Of a DNA stretch of 61,949 nucleotides, positions 43,189 to 52,511 are shown one piece after another. The DNA comes from a virus (lineage: Duplodnaviria > Caudoviricetes). Location of the stretch: IMG/VR virus record IMGVR_UViG_3300015245_000719, positions 1 through 61,949 of that record; one strand, written 5' to 3'. The notes below the pieces were generated by a model. It was not told where the DNA came from. It worked only from the letters and a program-made list of their open reading frames with translations, and made no database searches. The translations under genes and the position numbers were made by a program. Positions within the stretch are counted from its first letter, which is position 1; the number at the start of each line of letters is the position of its first letter.

Positions 43189-43578
43189 ATGCGAACACTC
43201 AGAGAGACGATCACCCACATCCGCGACGAGGCGGTAGCGGGGCGCCTTGGCGCTCACGACGCCGAGGGCTGCGTGTACGAGGACGACCGTGGCCGCAAGT
43301 GCGCCATCGGTTGTCTCCTCACCCTCGACCAACTCACCTTCATCCACACGCACCACCTCAACTCTGGCTGCGGTGCGCCCCACCTCGAAGATGAACTCCA
43401 CTTCGTCGCCGATCTCGGTCTCGAAGTGGATCAGGCGCAAGCCCTGCAACACCTCCACGACGAGGACGACATGCCGCGCTTGATCCGCCGCCTCGACTCC
43501 ATACTCGCCGAAGGCGAGGGCACGCTGCGCGCCAACGGACTCAACGTGTGGTTCAACCTGGGCGGGCTGCGGACATGA
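43189..43578 (+). CDS. Early protein with CxY...CxIGC motif (paralog 2)
   Basis: AAGGAG SD; GCVYED...KCAIGCL...QHLHD. Confidence 0.75.
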   Translation: MRTLRETITHIRDEAVAGRLGAHDAEGCVYEDDRGRKCAIGCLLTLDQLTFIHTHHLNSGCGAPHLEDELHFVADLGLEVDQAQALQHLHDEDDMPRLIRRLDSILAEGEGTLRANGLNVWFNLGGLRT

Positions 43579-44042
43579 GAAAGCCTGTCAAGAACATGGC
43601 GGGCGAGACGCTGCTCACCCTCGACGTGAAGCTGTCCGTAGCGATTGGCGTCGCGATCGACGAGAGCGCGCCGCTCACGCGTGACGGCATCGCCGAACTG
43701 ACGCGGGATTACCTGCGACAACTCACAGTTGCGGAACTGCGCGGATTCGTCATCGACTCCGTGTCCGTCATCGACCCCGTGCACACCGACCTGCTCGACC
43801 GCGAAGGGGGCCATCCGCTTGGCGAATGGCAGTCCTTCCGCGACAGCAGCACGCGCGCGAACCCCACCATCACCGTAACCGTGTGGGGAGGCTCCGTGCA
43901 GGACGTGTGCGGCCTTCGGCCCGGAGCCACCGTCTACATTCACGACTACGACGTTGACTGCTGCGACGACAGCGAACTCGAAACGGACGACGAGGGCGAG
44001 AAGTACGTCCTCACCGTCTACCGTGGCGGAGAGTCCGCATGA
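43575..44042 (+). CDS. Hypothetical early protein
   Basis: ATGA coupling; ITVTVWGGSVQDV...HDYD motif. Confidence 0.65.
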   Translation: MRKPVKNMAGETLLTLDVKLSVAIGVAIDESAPLTRDGIAELTRDYLRQLTVAELRGFVIDSVSVIDPVHTDLLDREGGHPLGEWQSFRDSSTRANPTITVTVWGGSVQDVCGLRPGATVYIHDYDVDCCDDSELETDDEGEKYVLTVYRGGESA

Positions 44043-44443
44043 GCAACCTACGCGGCTACGCGAAAGCAATCAGCCTCGCGACAGGCGTCACCGATCCGAA
44101 CGTGCTGGCCGAGATCGAGGCAGTCATGCGTCACACGATATTCCATTCCACGCTCGACTGGCAGACAGCGCGCGAGCTACAGGAGGGAGCGCGGCAGGCG
44201 TACACCGTCTACCGGCAGATGAGGAAGCTACCGCCCGATACCCAGGGGAGGAACAAGGAGCGTGCTGAGTGGGCTGGCAAGGCCCTGCACACATTCCGGA
44301 GCGCCACGGACTCCGACTTCCACGACGCTGCGTGCGATCTGCTCTGCGACCTTATGCACTGGTGCGACGAGGAAGGATTCAAGTTCGACAGTGAACTGCG
44401 CCGCGCTCGTGAGAACTACGCAGCCGAAACCCAACCCGACTAA
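44039..44443 (+). CDS. Hypothetical early protein
   Basis: ATGA coupling; DLLCDLMHWCD...A.ENY.AE motif. Confidence 0.7.
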   Translation: MSNLRGYAKAISLATGVTDPNVLAEIEAVMRHTIFHSTLDWQTARELQEGARQAYTVYRQMRKLPPDTQGRNKERAEWAGKALHTFRSATDSDFHDAACDLLCDLMHWCDEEGFKFDSELRRARENYAAETQPD

Positions 44444-44461
44444 CTCAAGGAGCAAATCCGC

Positions 44462-44845
44462 ATGTGCATCGACTATCACCGCACCATCACACTTCGCAAG
44501 CCGCGCACCGTCTACAAGGTGGTGCGCGTGTCGCGCAGCGGGAGGTTCCTCTCGCCGATGCCTGTAAAGAACCGCGACCCCCAATCTGGATACGATGGCC
44601 CCGTAGGGGAGGTGCTTCAGTACACCCTTCGCAAGAAGATGACCGCCCCCTTCCTCGACACGGCTGGCTTCTATTGCTTCCGTAGATTCAAGGAGGCAGA
44701 CGGTTGGAGGTATGGCCGCCAGTACGCTGTTCTCGTTTGCAGCGTCCCCGCTGGCGCTCAACTCAGGGGCAGCACTGACTTCGACGGAAAGCTGGCCGTC
44801 TCCGCCCTAACGCCTCTGCGCGTAGCGAAGAAGGGGAAGTCATGA
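44462..44845 (+). CDS. Hypothetical early protein
   Basis: AAGGAG SD; MC...VYKVV...GFYCF pattern. Confidence 0.65.
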   Translation: MCIDYHRTITLRKPRTVYKVVRVSRSGRFLSPMPVKNRDPQSGYDGPVGEVLQYTLRKKMTAPFLDTAGFYCFRRFKEADGWRYGRQYAVLVCSVPAGAQLRGSTDFDGKLAVSALTPLRVAKKGKS

Positions 44846-45426
44846 GCGCCTCCATCATCAACACCAACTGCGTGGAGGGTCTGATCTGCCCGAAGTGCAA
44901 GCACAGCGGGCGCTTCTTCATCGACGCCACCGCACAGGTTACGGTAGAGCCGCAAGGCGTCATCGACGTTAGCGACTTCACCTGGGACGAGGACTCGGCG
45001 ATCACCTGCCCCAAGTGCGATCACTGCAACACCGTTCTCATGTTCCACGAGGACGCGATCCCCGACAACAAACCAGCGCGCGCGCAATTCCTGCAAGACG
45101 TCATGACCACAGCCATCGAGGGCGGCGTCTCGTATTGGGCGCTCGCCAACAACGTAAAGCGCGGAGGCGACGACGGTCTCGACTACCTCTCCTACGAGCT
45201 GTGCGACATGGAGGAGGACGAGGAGACGCGGACATGGGATCGAGTTGACCCCGCCGTGATCGAGCTAGGCATCAAGCGCCTGATCGACGGCAAGGTCAAG
45301 GTCCGCATGGACATCATCGGTTCCATCGCAGCAGGGAGCGCACAGAACGACGCGGGGAATATCGACGCGACCTGCGCCGACTGCATCGTTCAGGCTGCCA
45401 TCTTCAACGACATCATATTCGGGTGA
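44842..45426 (+). CDS. Zn-ribbon fused hypothetical protein
   Basis: Two CPKC motifs; TAIEGGVSYWA...IDA.CAD.IVQ.A.F.DIIFG C-terminal domain. Confidence 0.7.
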   Translation: MSASIINTNCVEGLICPKCKHSGRFFIDATAQVTVEPQGVIDVSDFTWDEDSAITCPKCDHCNTVLMFHEDAIPDNKPARAQFLQDVMTTAIEGGVSYWALANNVKRGGDDGLDYLSYELCDMEEDEETRTWDRVDPAVIELGIKRLIDGKVKVRMDIIGSIAAGSAQNDAGNIDATCADCIVQAAIFNDIIFG

Positions 45427-45429
45427 GCC

Positions 45430-45657
45430 ATGGGCGGAATCGACAGATACGAAGCTGAGAACATCGCGGAGCGCGCCGCAGACAAGGCGCTTCGCGAGGC
45501 CAAGAGCGACGCAGACTTCGAGCTACAGCGCGCGCTTCGCGACATTCGCTCCGAAATGGCGCGCGAGATTCGCGAGGCTGTCAGCGAGGCTGTCAGCGAG
45601 GCTGTCAGCGAGGCGATCCGCCATCACGTCTACAAACGTCATCAGGTAGAGGAGTAG
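45430..45657 (+). CDS. Small coiled-coil protein
   Basis: 75 aa including (EAVS)x3. Confidence 0.6.
   Translation: MGGIDRYEAENIAERAADKALREAKSDADFELQRALRDIRSEMAREIREAVSEAVSEAVSEAIRHHVYKRHQVEE
45572..45614 (+). repeat. 12-bp tandem repeat GCGAGGCTGTCA, ~3.6 copies
   Basis: Seen directly; in frame. Confidence 0.9.
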
Positions 45658-45660
45658 CGC

Positions 45661-45900
45661 ATGTTGATCAACGAGTTTGTGCACCAAATCACGCGTCTTG
45701 CGCTCGCGTGCGGAGACGTGGAGGTCGTGATCGACGACGGGATGAGCGACCGTTTGAGCGTCATCGAGCGCGTCGAATCCGCTATCTGCACGCACAACGG
45801 AGGCGAGAGACGGATCGTGGTCTCCGTTGTTCGCAAAAACGAGCAGGCCGGAGTGAAAGTAAAAGGCTTTAGCGACGGACATTACGGAGAACTGACATGA
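45661..45900 (+). CDS. Hypothetical protein
   Basis: GAGGAG SD; 79 aa. Confidence 0.6.
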   Translation: MLINEFVHQITRLALACGDVEVVIDDGMSDRLSVIERVESAICTHNGGERRIVVSVVRKNEQAGVKVKGFSDGHYGELT

Positions 45901-46223
45901 CCTATTCCTGCTGCGACTTCACCGACGACGTATTCAACGCATTCGAGAAGGGCGGTGTCGTCAACCACGAGACGTGCGACTACGGCGACAACCTCGACCA
46001 AAACGGGCAACTCCTGCTCGACGCCTTCTACGCCTATTTCCCCACGAAGGACTCGACCAACATGGAGCGCGCGGAAGCGGCGTTGAAGCACCTGACGGCG
46101 GCGCGCGACCTGCTCAAGGCCGCTGGAGCGGACCGCACGCTAGAGTGCGTGCGCCACGCCATCAGCAGCGCCAAGGGCGGTGTGCGTGCTGCGCAGTACC
46201 GGGACAGGAGGGCCAGCAGGTGA
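45897..46223 (+). CDS. Hypothetical protein
   Basis: ATGA coupling; 108 aa. Confidence 0.65.
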   Translation: MTYSCCDFTDDVFNAFEKGGVVNHETCDYGDNLDQNGQLLLDAFYAYFPTKDSTNMERAEAALKHLTAARDLLKAAGADRTLECVRHAISSAKGGVRAAQYRDRRASR

Positions 46224-46519
46224 GCGTCAAGCTGGAGAAGGAAATCACCCGCGAGACCAACCTTCGGTGCAAGGGCCGCAAGATCATGATGACCCTCGGA
46301 CCGAGCGCCATCACGTTCTGGCTGAAGGGCAAGCGCGAGACGTTCACCCTCACGCTGGAGGAAGCATTCACGCGCTCTACCTTCGGCATGGAGCGCGCCG
46401 TAATCGAGCAGGCGCGCGCTCCTGGCCGAGACCCGATGCTTGTGACGCCACGCGTGGAGCAGCAGGTAGACGTTGCCGCCTTGGAACAGTGCATGAAGGA
46501 CCTCAACAATGCTCGCTGA
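46220..46519 (+). CDS. Hypothetical protein
   Basis: GTGA coupling with AGGAGG SD; 99 aa. Confidence 0.6.
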   Translation: MSVKLEKEITRETNLRCKGRKIMMTLGPSAITFWLKGKRETFTLTLEEAFTRSTFGMERAVIEQARAPGRDPMLVTPRVEQQVDVAALEQCMKDLNNAR

Positions 46520-46916
46520 GGCCGCACTGTGCATGGCGTTGAACATTTACCACGAGGCCGACCTGCTGCACGAGCCGTTTTCTGGCCGTCTCGCAATCGG
46601 TTTCGTCACGAAGAACCGCGCAGACCTGCATGGGACGACGGTCTGTTGGGAGGTCATGCGCTACAAGCAGTTCTCGTGGACGCTCGACCCGATGAACCTT
46701 CGCGCGATCCCCGGCGGGCAGGCGTGGAACGAATCCATCCAGGCCGCGGAGCTAGTGCTCTCCGGACTTCCAGACATCACCAGCGGCGCCACGCACTTCC
46801 ACGCGACCTACGTCAGCCCGGTGTGGATCAAGGGAATGCGCCGCATCGGACGATTCGGCAGTCACATTTTCTACAAGGAGAAGTCCGTCATACATGCCTT
46901 CGGGAAACTTCAATGA
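46509..46916 (+). CDS. SleB-like cell wall hydrolase (Hydrolase_2)
   Basis: NIYHEA, VT.NR, KQFSW, GATHFHA.YV.P.W, G.HIFY. Confidence 0.88.
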   Translation: MLAEAALCMALNIYHEADLLHEPFSGRLAIGFVTKNRADLHGTTVCWEVMRYKQFSWTLDPMNLRAIPGGQAWNESIQAAELVLSGLPDITSGATHFHATYVSPVWIKGMRRIGRFGSHIFYKEKSVIHAFGKLQ

Positions 46917-47482
46917 GCGAAGGCAAGGCCAGAGTGCCGACCGAGAAGGAGCGCAAGCGCCTGTTCGAGCTGGAGAGCGCGCAGCTTCGCAACACCGCGA
47001 TGCTGTACCTCAGCTACGGCTGCGGACTACGCGTGCACGAGATCGCCAAGCTGAACCTCGGGAGCGTGATCGACGAGGACGGCGACGTAATCGACTCGTT
47101 CTCCATCAACGGCAAAGGCGAGAAGGTGCGCGACGTGTACCTGAACAACAAGAAGGTGCGCGACGCGCTGGCCGAGTACGTGGCCCACCTCCGAACGAAG
47201 GGCGACGTGTACCTCGACCGCCCCCTATTCATGTCGTATCGGCGCGAGCGGATGTCTCCGAACACTTTGCAGCAGGTGTTCGCGTGGATGTACGAGCGCG
47301 CCGGACTGAAGGGATGCAAGTCGCACAGCGGACGGCGCTACTTCGCGACGAAGCTGCTGAACGAAGGCATCGACATCAGGAGCGTGCAGGCCCTAATGGG
47401 GCACGCGAACATCAACCAGACCGCCGAGTACGCCGACACCGATCCGGTGAAGCTGAAAGCGGTCGTTGCAAAGGTGATCTGA
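46913..47482 (+). CDS. Tyrosine recombinase, catalytic domain only (189 aa)
   Basis: GLRVHE (R), GKG.K (K), HSGRR (HxxR), MGH, AEY (Y); ATGA coupling. Confidence 0.88.
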   Translation: MSEGKARVPTEKERKRLFELESAQLRNTAMLYLSYGCGLRVHEIAKLNLGSVIDEDGDVIDSFSINGKGEKVRDVYLNNKKVRDALAEYVAHLRTKGDVYLDRPLFMSYRRERMSPNTLQQVFAWMYERAGLKGCKSHSGRRYFATKLLNEGIDIRSVQALMGHANINQTAEYADTDPVKLKAVVAKVI

Positions 47483-47484
47483 CC

Positions 47485-47880
47485 ATGGCATTGAGCAAGC
47501 ACGACATCATCCGGTGGCTTGAGGACCTTCCCTCGGACACCTTCGTCGGCATCGACGACGGCGGTCTCGCCCTGGTGGTGGTAGGCGACACCCAGGAGAT
47601 CGAATCCACCGCGGCCTACCTCGAAGTTGGAGGGTTCCCGTTGAAGCCTGAAGCCCTACCCCTACGCGACCAACTGCGGTCAGCGAGGGACGCGCTGTTC
47701 CCGAGGGACGACAACGCGCTTGGCTGCGGGAAAAAGAAACGCTACATCGACTGCACCGAAGCCGAGCGCGTGAGGAACACGCGCGCACGCGTTACGGGCC
47801 TTCAGCTTTGGAAGTACGAGTGCTCAGAATGCAGCGGATGGCACCTATCCAAACTACAACCAGCACAGGACAACCGATGA
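47485..47880 (+). CDS. Hypothetical protein with C-terminal Zn motif
   Basis: CGKKKRY...YECSECSGWHLS. Confidence 0.65.
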   Translation: MALSKHDIIRWLEDLPSDTFVGIDDGGLALVVVGDTQEIESTAAYLEVGGFPLKPEALPLRDQLRSARDALFPRDDNALGCGKKKRYIDCTEAERVRNTRARVTGLQLWKYECSECSGWHLSKLQPAQDNR

Positions 47881-48131
47881 CACGCAAGCTGACCAACGAG
47901 CAAATCCACGAGATCCACGCGCATCTGTGCGGCACCTGCGGCGTCAGCATCGACAGCGAGCTGGAGCCGCTTGGCCTCACCGAGGACGACCTCACCATAG
48001 AGGACCTTCGGGAGATCGACGAGGCGATGATGGTCTGCCCGAACTGCGGCTGGTGGTGCGACACGGACGAATTCGGCGACAACGAGGAGTCCGGTGAGCT
48101 GTGGTGCGACGAGTGTCTGAGGGACAGGTAG
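47877..48131 (+). CDS. Acidic Zn-finger protein
   Basis: LCGTC...CPNCGWW...CDEC; ATGA coupling. Confidence 0.65.
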   Translation: MTRKLTNEQIHEIHAHLCGTCGVSIDSELEPLGLTEDDLTIEDLREIDEAMMVCPNCGWWCDTDEFGDNEESGELWCDECLRDR

Positions 48132-48367
48132 TGACTGATCTAATCAGACCGATTCGCGAGGCGCCCCCTGTTGCGCCCGAGCCCCAGGCCATCAAGAGGC
48201 TGCTGAAGGAATACGGCGTGAAGCGGGCGAGCGCCGCGCGCATCTGCGGCGTGACCGAGCCGCACTTCAACCGCTACTGCCTTCCGCGCACAAGTGCATG
48301 GCACAAGGAGATCCCGCTTCTGCGTTGGAACGAACTCGTGCGGCGCGTGCAGGAGCTCGCCAAGTGA
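48131..48367 (+). CDS. Small HTH protein
   Basis: GVKRASAARICGVTEPHFNRY Xre-like HTH. Confidence 0.65.
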   Translation: MTDLIRPIREAPPVAPEPQAIKRLLKEYGVKRASAARICGVTEPHFNRYCLPRTSAWHKEIPLLRWNELVRRVQELAK

Positions 48368-48370
48368 GCG

Positions 48371-48910
48371 TCATCCTCTACGTTGGCGGGATCGCTCTGT
48401 TTGGCGTGGTTGTCGCCCTCCTCGTGCCCCGGCGCAAAGTGCATCGCCCAGGCGACGCCAAGCGGCCACCTCGCTAGAGGGCATCCTGTACCGTGGGTAG
48501 CGCGTGGACTGCCCCGAGATCACGATGGACCCGCGCGCTTCGAGTACGTCCAGTTCCGCCTGCACCATCCGACGCGTCACCTTCTCCTTGCAGATAATCG
48601 CCAGCACGAGCCGGATGTCGCGGTTCGACACCGGGCGCGGCGCGTTCATGATGGTCTCGACCACCACCTGCTTGCAGAATGGGAGCGACGCGGCTTGAAG
48701 GAGCTGCGGCGAGGGAGCGAAGCGGTAGCACTTCCCGTGGTGCCAGTTGTCCACGCGGCTGGACGTGAGCAGGCCCAGGCCCGCTAGGTACTGACACTCC
48801 TTCGATGCTGCTGGCCGTTTGGTGCCCGCAGGCATCACCTCCAGCAGCTCGCGAACCAGGCGCGGCTTACCGTCCTGGAAGATCCTGACGATGTTCTTTC
48901 TGACTGTCAT
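48371..48910 (-). CDS. Tandem winged-helix protein, candidate late regulator
   Basis: Two wHTH-like units (CQYLAGLGLL, ELDVLEARGSI); located after rusA. Confidence 0.55.
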   Translation of the reverse strand: MTVRKNIVRIFQDGKPRLVRELLEVMPAGTKRPAASKECQYLAGLGLLTSSRVDNWHHGKCYRFAPSPQLLQAASLPFCKQVVVETIMNAPRPVSNRDIRLVLAIICKEKVTRRMVQAELDVLEARGSIVISGQSTRYPRYRMPSSEVAAWRRLGDALCAGARGGRQPRQTERSRQRRG

Positions 48911-49334
48911 TGTTCTTCTTGTTTTCCAGTCGTTGAAGATGCACTTCGAGCCTGCCGTCCTTGACGACCATCAGCTCACCCTCGGGCGTGACGCCCCACT
49001 CACCAGCCAGGAGGAACACCTCGCTGTCATCACCGAACGCGACGCCCTTCAGCGCGTCCAGCAAAGCCTTGCCGCAGAAGTTGTCGAGGTCGCGGCGTCT
49101 CCGGTCGGGCGGGTAGAGCTCGACCGCGAGCTGCACGCGGCCCGGCAGCGGCAGGCCCGGGACGTGGGCGAGCAGCGCGCGGACCCACTCCTTGTACTTC
49201 CGTCCGCCGGCTGAGATCACCATGCGGTTTCTGAACTTCCGGTAGTACGTGTTCGTGCTCGGCGGGAACGGCAGCGTGAACCAATGCCCTCCTTCGAGGA
49301 GGGCACGCTGTTCCGCTGTGCTGAAGGCGCTCAC
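48867..49334 (-). CDS. rusA: RusA-family Holliday junction resolvase
   Basis: LPFPPSTN.YYR, PPDRRRRDLDN..KALLDAL...DDS; GTG start overlapping the upstream stop. Confidence 0.88.
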   Translation of the reverse strand: MSAFSTAEQRALLEGGHWFTLPFPPSTNTYYRKFRNRMVISAGGRKYKEWVRALLAHVPGLPLPGRVQLAVELYPPDRRRRDLDNFCGKALLDALKGVAFGDDSEVFLLAGEWGVTPEGELMVVKDGRLEVHLQRLENKKNNDSQKEHRQDLPGR

Positions 49335-49876
49335 GCGAACTCGAGGTCGAGCTGGCCGCGCAGCTCCGCGGCGCGCTGCTTCGCTGCTCCGATCACCCGG
49401 GCCGCGGTCGAGGCGGCACGTTCCCGCAGGCATTCGAGCGCCCGGGACAGGTGCGGCCAGATGAGGTTGCGAGATCCCTGGAAGGTCGGGCGGCGAAGGA
49501 GTGTCTGGAACTGCACGTCGGTCAGCCCGAGCCAGCCAAGCCACATGGAGCGTGACTTCCGGTAGTAGTCCTCGGTCAGGAACCGGGCGGCGGCGATCGC
49601 CTCCTCGTCGGGCTCCTGGACCACAGGGGTCTCCACGGCGTTCACAGCGCGCCCTGCGCCGCCCCCGGGTCCCTCGCCCTGGTCGAGCACGCTGAACTCC
49701 AGGCCCAGGTCCAGGAACGCCTGTTGGAACACGAACCCGGCCAGCTTCTTGTACCCCGCATCGTTCCTGCCCGGGTCCCGGTCCGCAGCTCCGCTCTCGC
49801 TGATCTGGCCGGTGAACCGTCCCGGTCCGAACGCCCCGGCAAGCCCTGCCACGCTACCCTTCACCACCTGTCCCAT
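49331..49876 (-). CDS. Hypothetical protein (181 aa)
   Basis: GAGGAGG SD; LAGFVFQQAFLDL...AARFL...WL pattern. Confidence 0.6.
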   Translation of the reverse strand: MGQVVKGSVAGLAGAFGPGRFTGQISESGAADRDPGRNDAGYKKLAGFVFQQAFLDLGLEFSVLDQGEGPGGGAGRAVNAVETPVVQEPDEEAIAAARFLTEDYYRKSRSMWLGWLGLTDVQFQTLLRRPTFQGSRNLIWPHLSRALECLRERAASTAARVIGAAKQRAAELRGQLDLEFA

Positions 49877-49890
49877 CGTCACCCTCCTCG

Positions 49891-50145
49891 AAAAGTTATC
49901 CACAGTTTGAAAAATCAAATCCCGCCCGGTCGCGCGCCCTCGCGCGCCAGAACGGGCGCTAGGGGGTTATAGGGGGGTTCGGCGCGCGCGGTTCGGCGCG
50001 GTTCGGCGCGCTGTAGAATCAACGACTTAACCCTATTCGGCGCGATTCGGCGCACTATTCGGCGCACATTACAAATCAAGGACTTAACCCTATTCGGCGC
50101 ACCCCTACGAGTAGTATGGTTATTCATTTTTGCTCATTTTTTAAG
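49891..50145. promoter_or_regulatory. Putative replication origin: DnaA box, two IHF sites, TTCGGCGC iterons, AT-rich flank
   Basis: TTATCCACA at 49896-49904; AATCAA-N4-TTA at 50017 and 50074 inside a 27-bp direct repeat; seven TTCGGCGC copies; directly downstream of primase-helicase. Confidence 0.7.
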
Positions 50146-50160
50146 CACCTCGCCAGCACC

Positions 50161-52197
50161 CTAGACCGACTTCTTGACGAGGCGAGAAGGTGTCCTCGTG
50201 AACACCTCCTTGAGCTTGCGATCGGGCGTCCTGAACTGGCCGCGGTGCACCCTCCCCTCGTCCACGAGCCGAAGCAGCACGCGCGCTAGGGCGTCCGGCC
50301 CTAGCCCCTTGGGGAAGTCCTGCACCAACCTCATGGAGTGGAAGGCGGTGTAGTGGCCGTTGATGGCGGTGTTGACGACGATCCCGTTCTTGTCGCAGTA
50401 GTCCAGGCAGGCGATCACCTGCGCGTCCTGAGAGCTCGTCCTGATCGCGTCGGCAGCCTGCTTGCCCACGTTCTCGCGCTCACCGGCCAGGATCGGCACG
50501 CCCTCGATCCACTCTAGGGTCACGGGCGCCGCGCGCGGCCCCAGGTTCGCCTTGGCGTGATAGAGGGTCATCGTGCCCGCTTCCTCGTCTGGAATGAGCG
50601 CCAGGCGCGACCGGACGCTGTTGTGCCAGGCGGTGCTGCCCGAGTAGGCTTCCGGGTCGGCCCGGGCTCCGTTCTTCGCGCTCTCCTTGTTGATGTGCGC
50701 GAGGAGCAGCACGGCCCTCTTGGGGCGGGCGAGGCGGCTCCGCAGAGAGCGGATGAACGCCCGCACGCGCGGGCGCTTGATCTCGTCGTCGTCGAACGCG
50801 TCGGAGGCGTTGTCCACGATCACGAGGCCCCCATCGACCAGCCGTTCGACCAGCTCCGAGAGCGCGGCCATCATCGGGGTCTCGAGGTCGGCCGAGAGCA
50901 TTGCGCCGCGGCGGTCCCGGTGCAGGGCGGAATCCAGGTCAGAGGCATCCAGCACGGACAAGCGCCCCTTCAGCTCGTTCGGGTCGATGTCCAGGCTTAT
51001 GCAGATGCGAAACACCCGGTTCCTGATGATCTGCGCGCCGTCCTCGGCCGAGAAGAACAGCACCGGGGCTGCGCGGGTTTCGATCCCGAACACCGGGCGC
51101 CCGAGCGCGACGTGCACGGCGATCAGGAGCGCGATGTAGGACTTCCCTCCCCCGCCGTGCCCGGCGAGGAGCGTCACCTCGCCCTCGGGAATCCAGTCGT
51201 GCACGAGGTAGCGCTGCGGCTCCTCGCGGTCCAGAGCGTCGAGGCTCACGATGTACTGCTCCAGGCCCTCGATCTTCGGGGGCTCAAGCGGCACGGCAAC
51301 GTGATTTCGTTCTTCGTGCGTGCGCTTGACCGATGCGATAGTGGTGTTCAGCTCCGCGTCGGAGAGCGACTGCGGGTTGTTCGCGTTCCAGTCATCCAGA
51401 ATCTTCTTCGTCTCGCGGAGCGACAGCCCACGTTGAAACGCGGTTCCCGCCAGGGACGCAGCGGCGTTGTTCCGCCCGCCCACCGGCACCTGCTGGTCGA
51501 AGCGCGCTGGCTCGTGCACGCGGTCCGCGTCGAAGCCGGCGAGGTTCCCCTTCCCTACTGGCGTAGCGGCTCCGATGTTCGCGCGCCGGTAGCCCTCGAT
51601 CGCAGCGACCTGCGCGGCCTCGAGCATGGGAAGATCGGACGCAGTGACGTGGTTGATCTCGGGGTCGATCTCGTCCGTGTAGTAATTGCCCGAGCTGTGC
51701 CGCGAGCCGCCGGCGACGACGTAGCCTCCCAGGCCGCGCGTGTCGATCTTCGCGTGCGGGTCGGCGCTGTTCCGGATCTCGACGAATGGGTTGCGCCGAT
51801 AGTAGAAGTGCATGCCCTTGCCGGTCTTGACGCGCCAGGGCGTGTGCGGAAGGCTCGTGCGGCACCAGCTCACCGACTCCGCGCTGTCCGCGTCCACGAC
51901 GATCAGCTCGCCGCAGGCAAGGCCGATGTTCGCTTCGGGCCACTGCGTCCACCACGCGCGCACCATCGACTCGGTGGGCGCCTCGGTCTGGTACGGCTTC
52001 CATGCGACGCGCGGCTGCTTAGGCCATTCGGCTGTCGCCTCCGCTATGTCCCCTTCGAAACGGTCCTTGATAATCCATACAGGTGGCGCCTCGCCGTAGG
52101 CCCCGAGCGGGAAGATATGCAGTCCCTTATCCAGTAGCTCAAGGGCGCGCTCCATGAGGAGGCCCTTGTTTTGCTCTTTTGAATCAGGGGTATGCAT
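50161..52197 (-). CDS. Primase-polymerase / PriCT / RecA-family (AAA_25) helicase fusion
   Basis: ANIGLACG.LIVVDAD, TGKGMHFYY, DTRG.GGYVV, GGRNN, GHGGGGKS, LVIVDN, SGSTAW.NSVR. Confidence 0.9.
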   Translation of the reverse strand: MHTPDSKEQNKGLLMERALELLDKGLHIFPLGAYGEAPPVWIIKDRFEGDIAEATAEWPKQPRVAWKPYQTEAPTESMVRAWWTQWPEANIGLACGELIVVDADSAESVSWCRTSLPHTPWRVKTGKGMHFYYRRNPFVEIRNSADPHAKIDTRGLGGYVVAGGSRHSSGNYYTDEIDPEINHVTASDLPMLEAAQVAAIEGYRRANIGAATPVGKGNLAGFDADRVHEPARFDQQVPVGGRNNAAASLAGTAFQRGLSLRETKKILDDWNANNPQSLSDAELNTTIASVKRTHEERNHVAVPLEPPKIEGLEQYIVSLDALDREEPQRYLVHDWIPEGEVTLLAGHGGGGKSYIALLIAVHVALGRPVFGIETRAAPVLFFSAEDGAQIIRNRVFRICISLDIDPNELKGRLSVLDASDLDSALHRDRRGAMLSADLETPMMAALSELVERLVDGGLVIVDNASDAFDDDEIKRPRVRAFIRSLRSRLARPKRAVLLLAHINKESAKNGARADPEAYSGSTAWHNSVRSRLALIPDEEAGTMTLYHAKANLGPRAAPVTLEWIEGVPILAGERENVGKQAADAIRTSSQDAQVIACLDYCDKNGIVVNTAINGHYTAFHSMRLVQDFPKGLGPDALARVLLRLVDEGRVHRGQFRTPDRKLKEVFTRTPSRLVKKSV

Positions 52198-52224
52198 GTA
52201 TGCTTGATTTTATTCCGGGAAGGT

Positions 52225-52440
52225 CTACAATCTGCGCAACGGTCGGGAGATCAGGACGCTTGGGTCAGATTTCATGACACGATCATATAGAGTGAGCAGC
52301 GTTGAGCCGACGGAGTACCGCGGCTCGCTCCCGGAGCGCATCCGACTCACCGTTGATTGGCTGCATCCGAGTGCCGCGGCTAGAGAACGTTCGGTGTACC
52401 CGCCACGCTCGAGTAAATACGGGATGATTTTTTCGAACAT
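52225..52440 (-). CDS. Cro-like HTH regulator
   Basis: TERSLAAALGCSQSTVSRM..G.EPRYS.G; promoter TTGACG-17-TATTTT at 52452-52480. Confidence 0.82.
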   Translation of the reverse strand: MFEKIIPYLLERGGYTERSLAAALGCSQSTVSRMRSGSEPRYSVGSTLLTLYDRVMKSDPSVLISRPLRRL

Positions 52441-52479
52441 GAACGTTGTCCAAAATACAGGAGTCCGTAGTGTTCGTCA

Positions 52480-52493
52480 ATGCACAGTTGCAT
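52480..52493. promoter_or_regulatory. Operator ATGCA-N4-TGCAT between the divergent regulators
   Basis: Palindrome abutting the leftward -35. Confidence 0.7.
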
Positions 52494-52511
52494 AACGGGA
52501 GAGCAAACCAA

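Noticed and set aside
49915-50127. 70-aa ORF over the repeats
   Set aside because: Its peptide repeats only mirror the DNA iterons.
50557-52137. 526-aa plus-strand ORF
   Set aside because: Antisense shadow of the primase-helicase.
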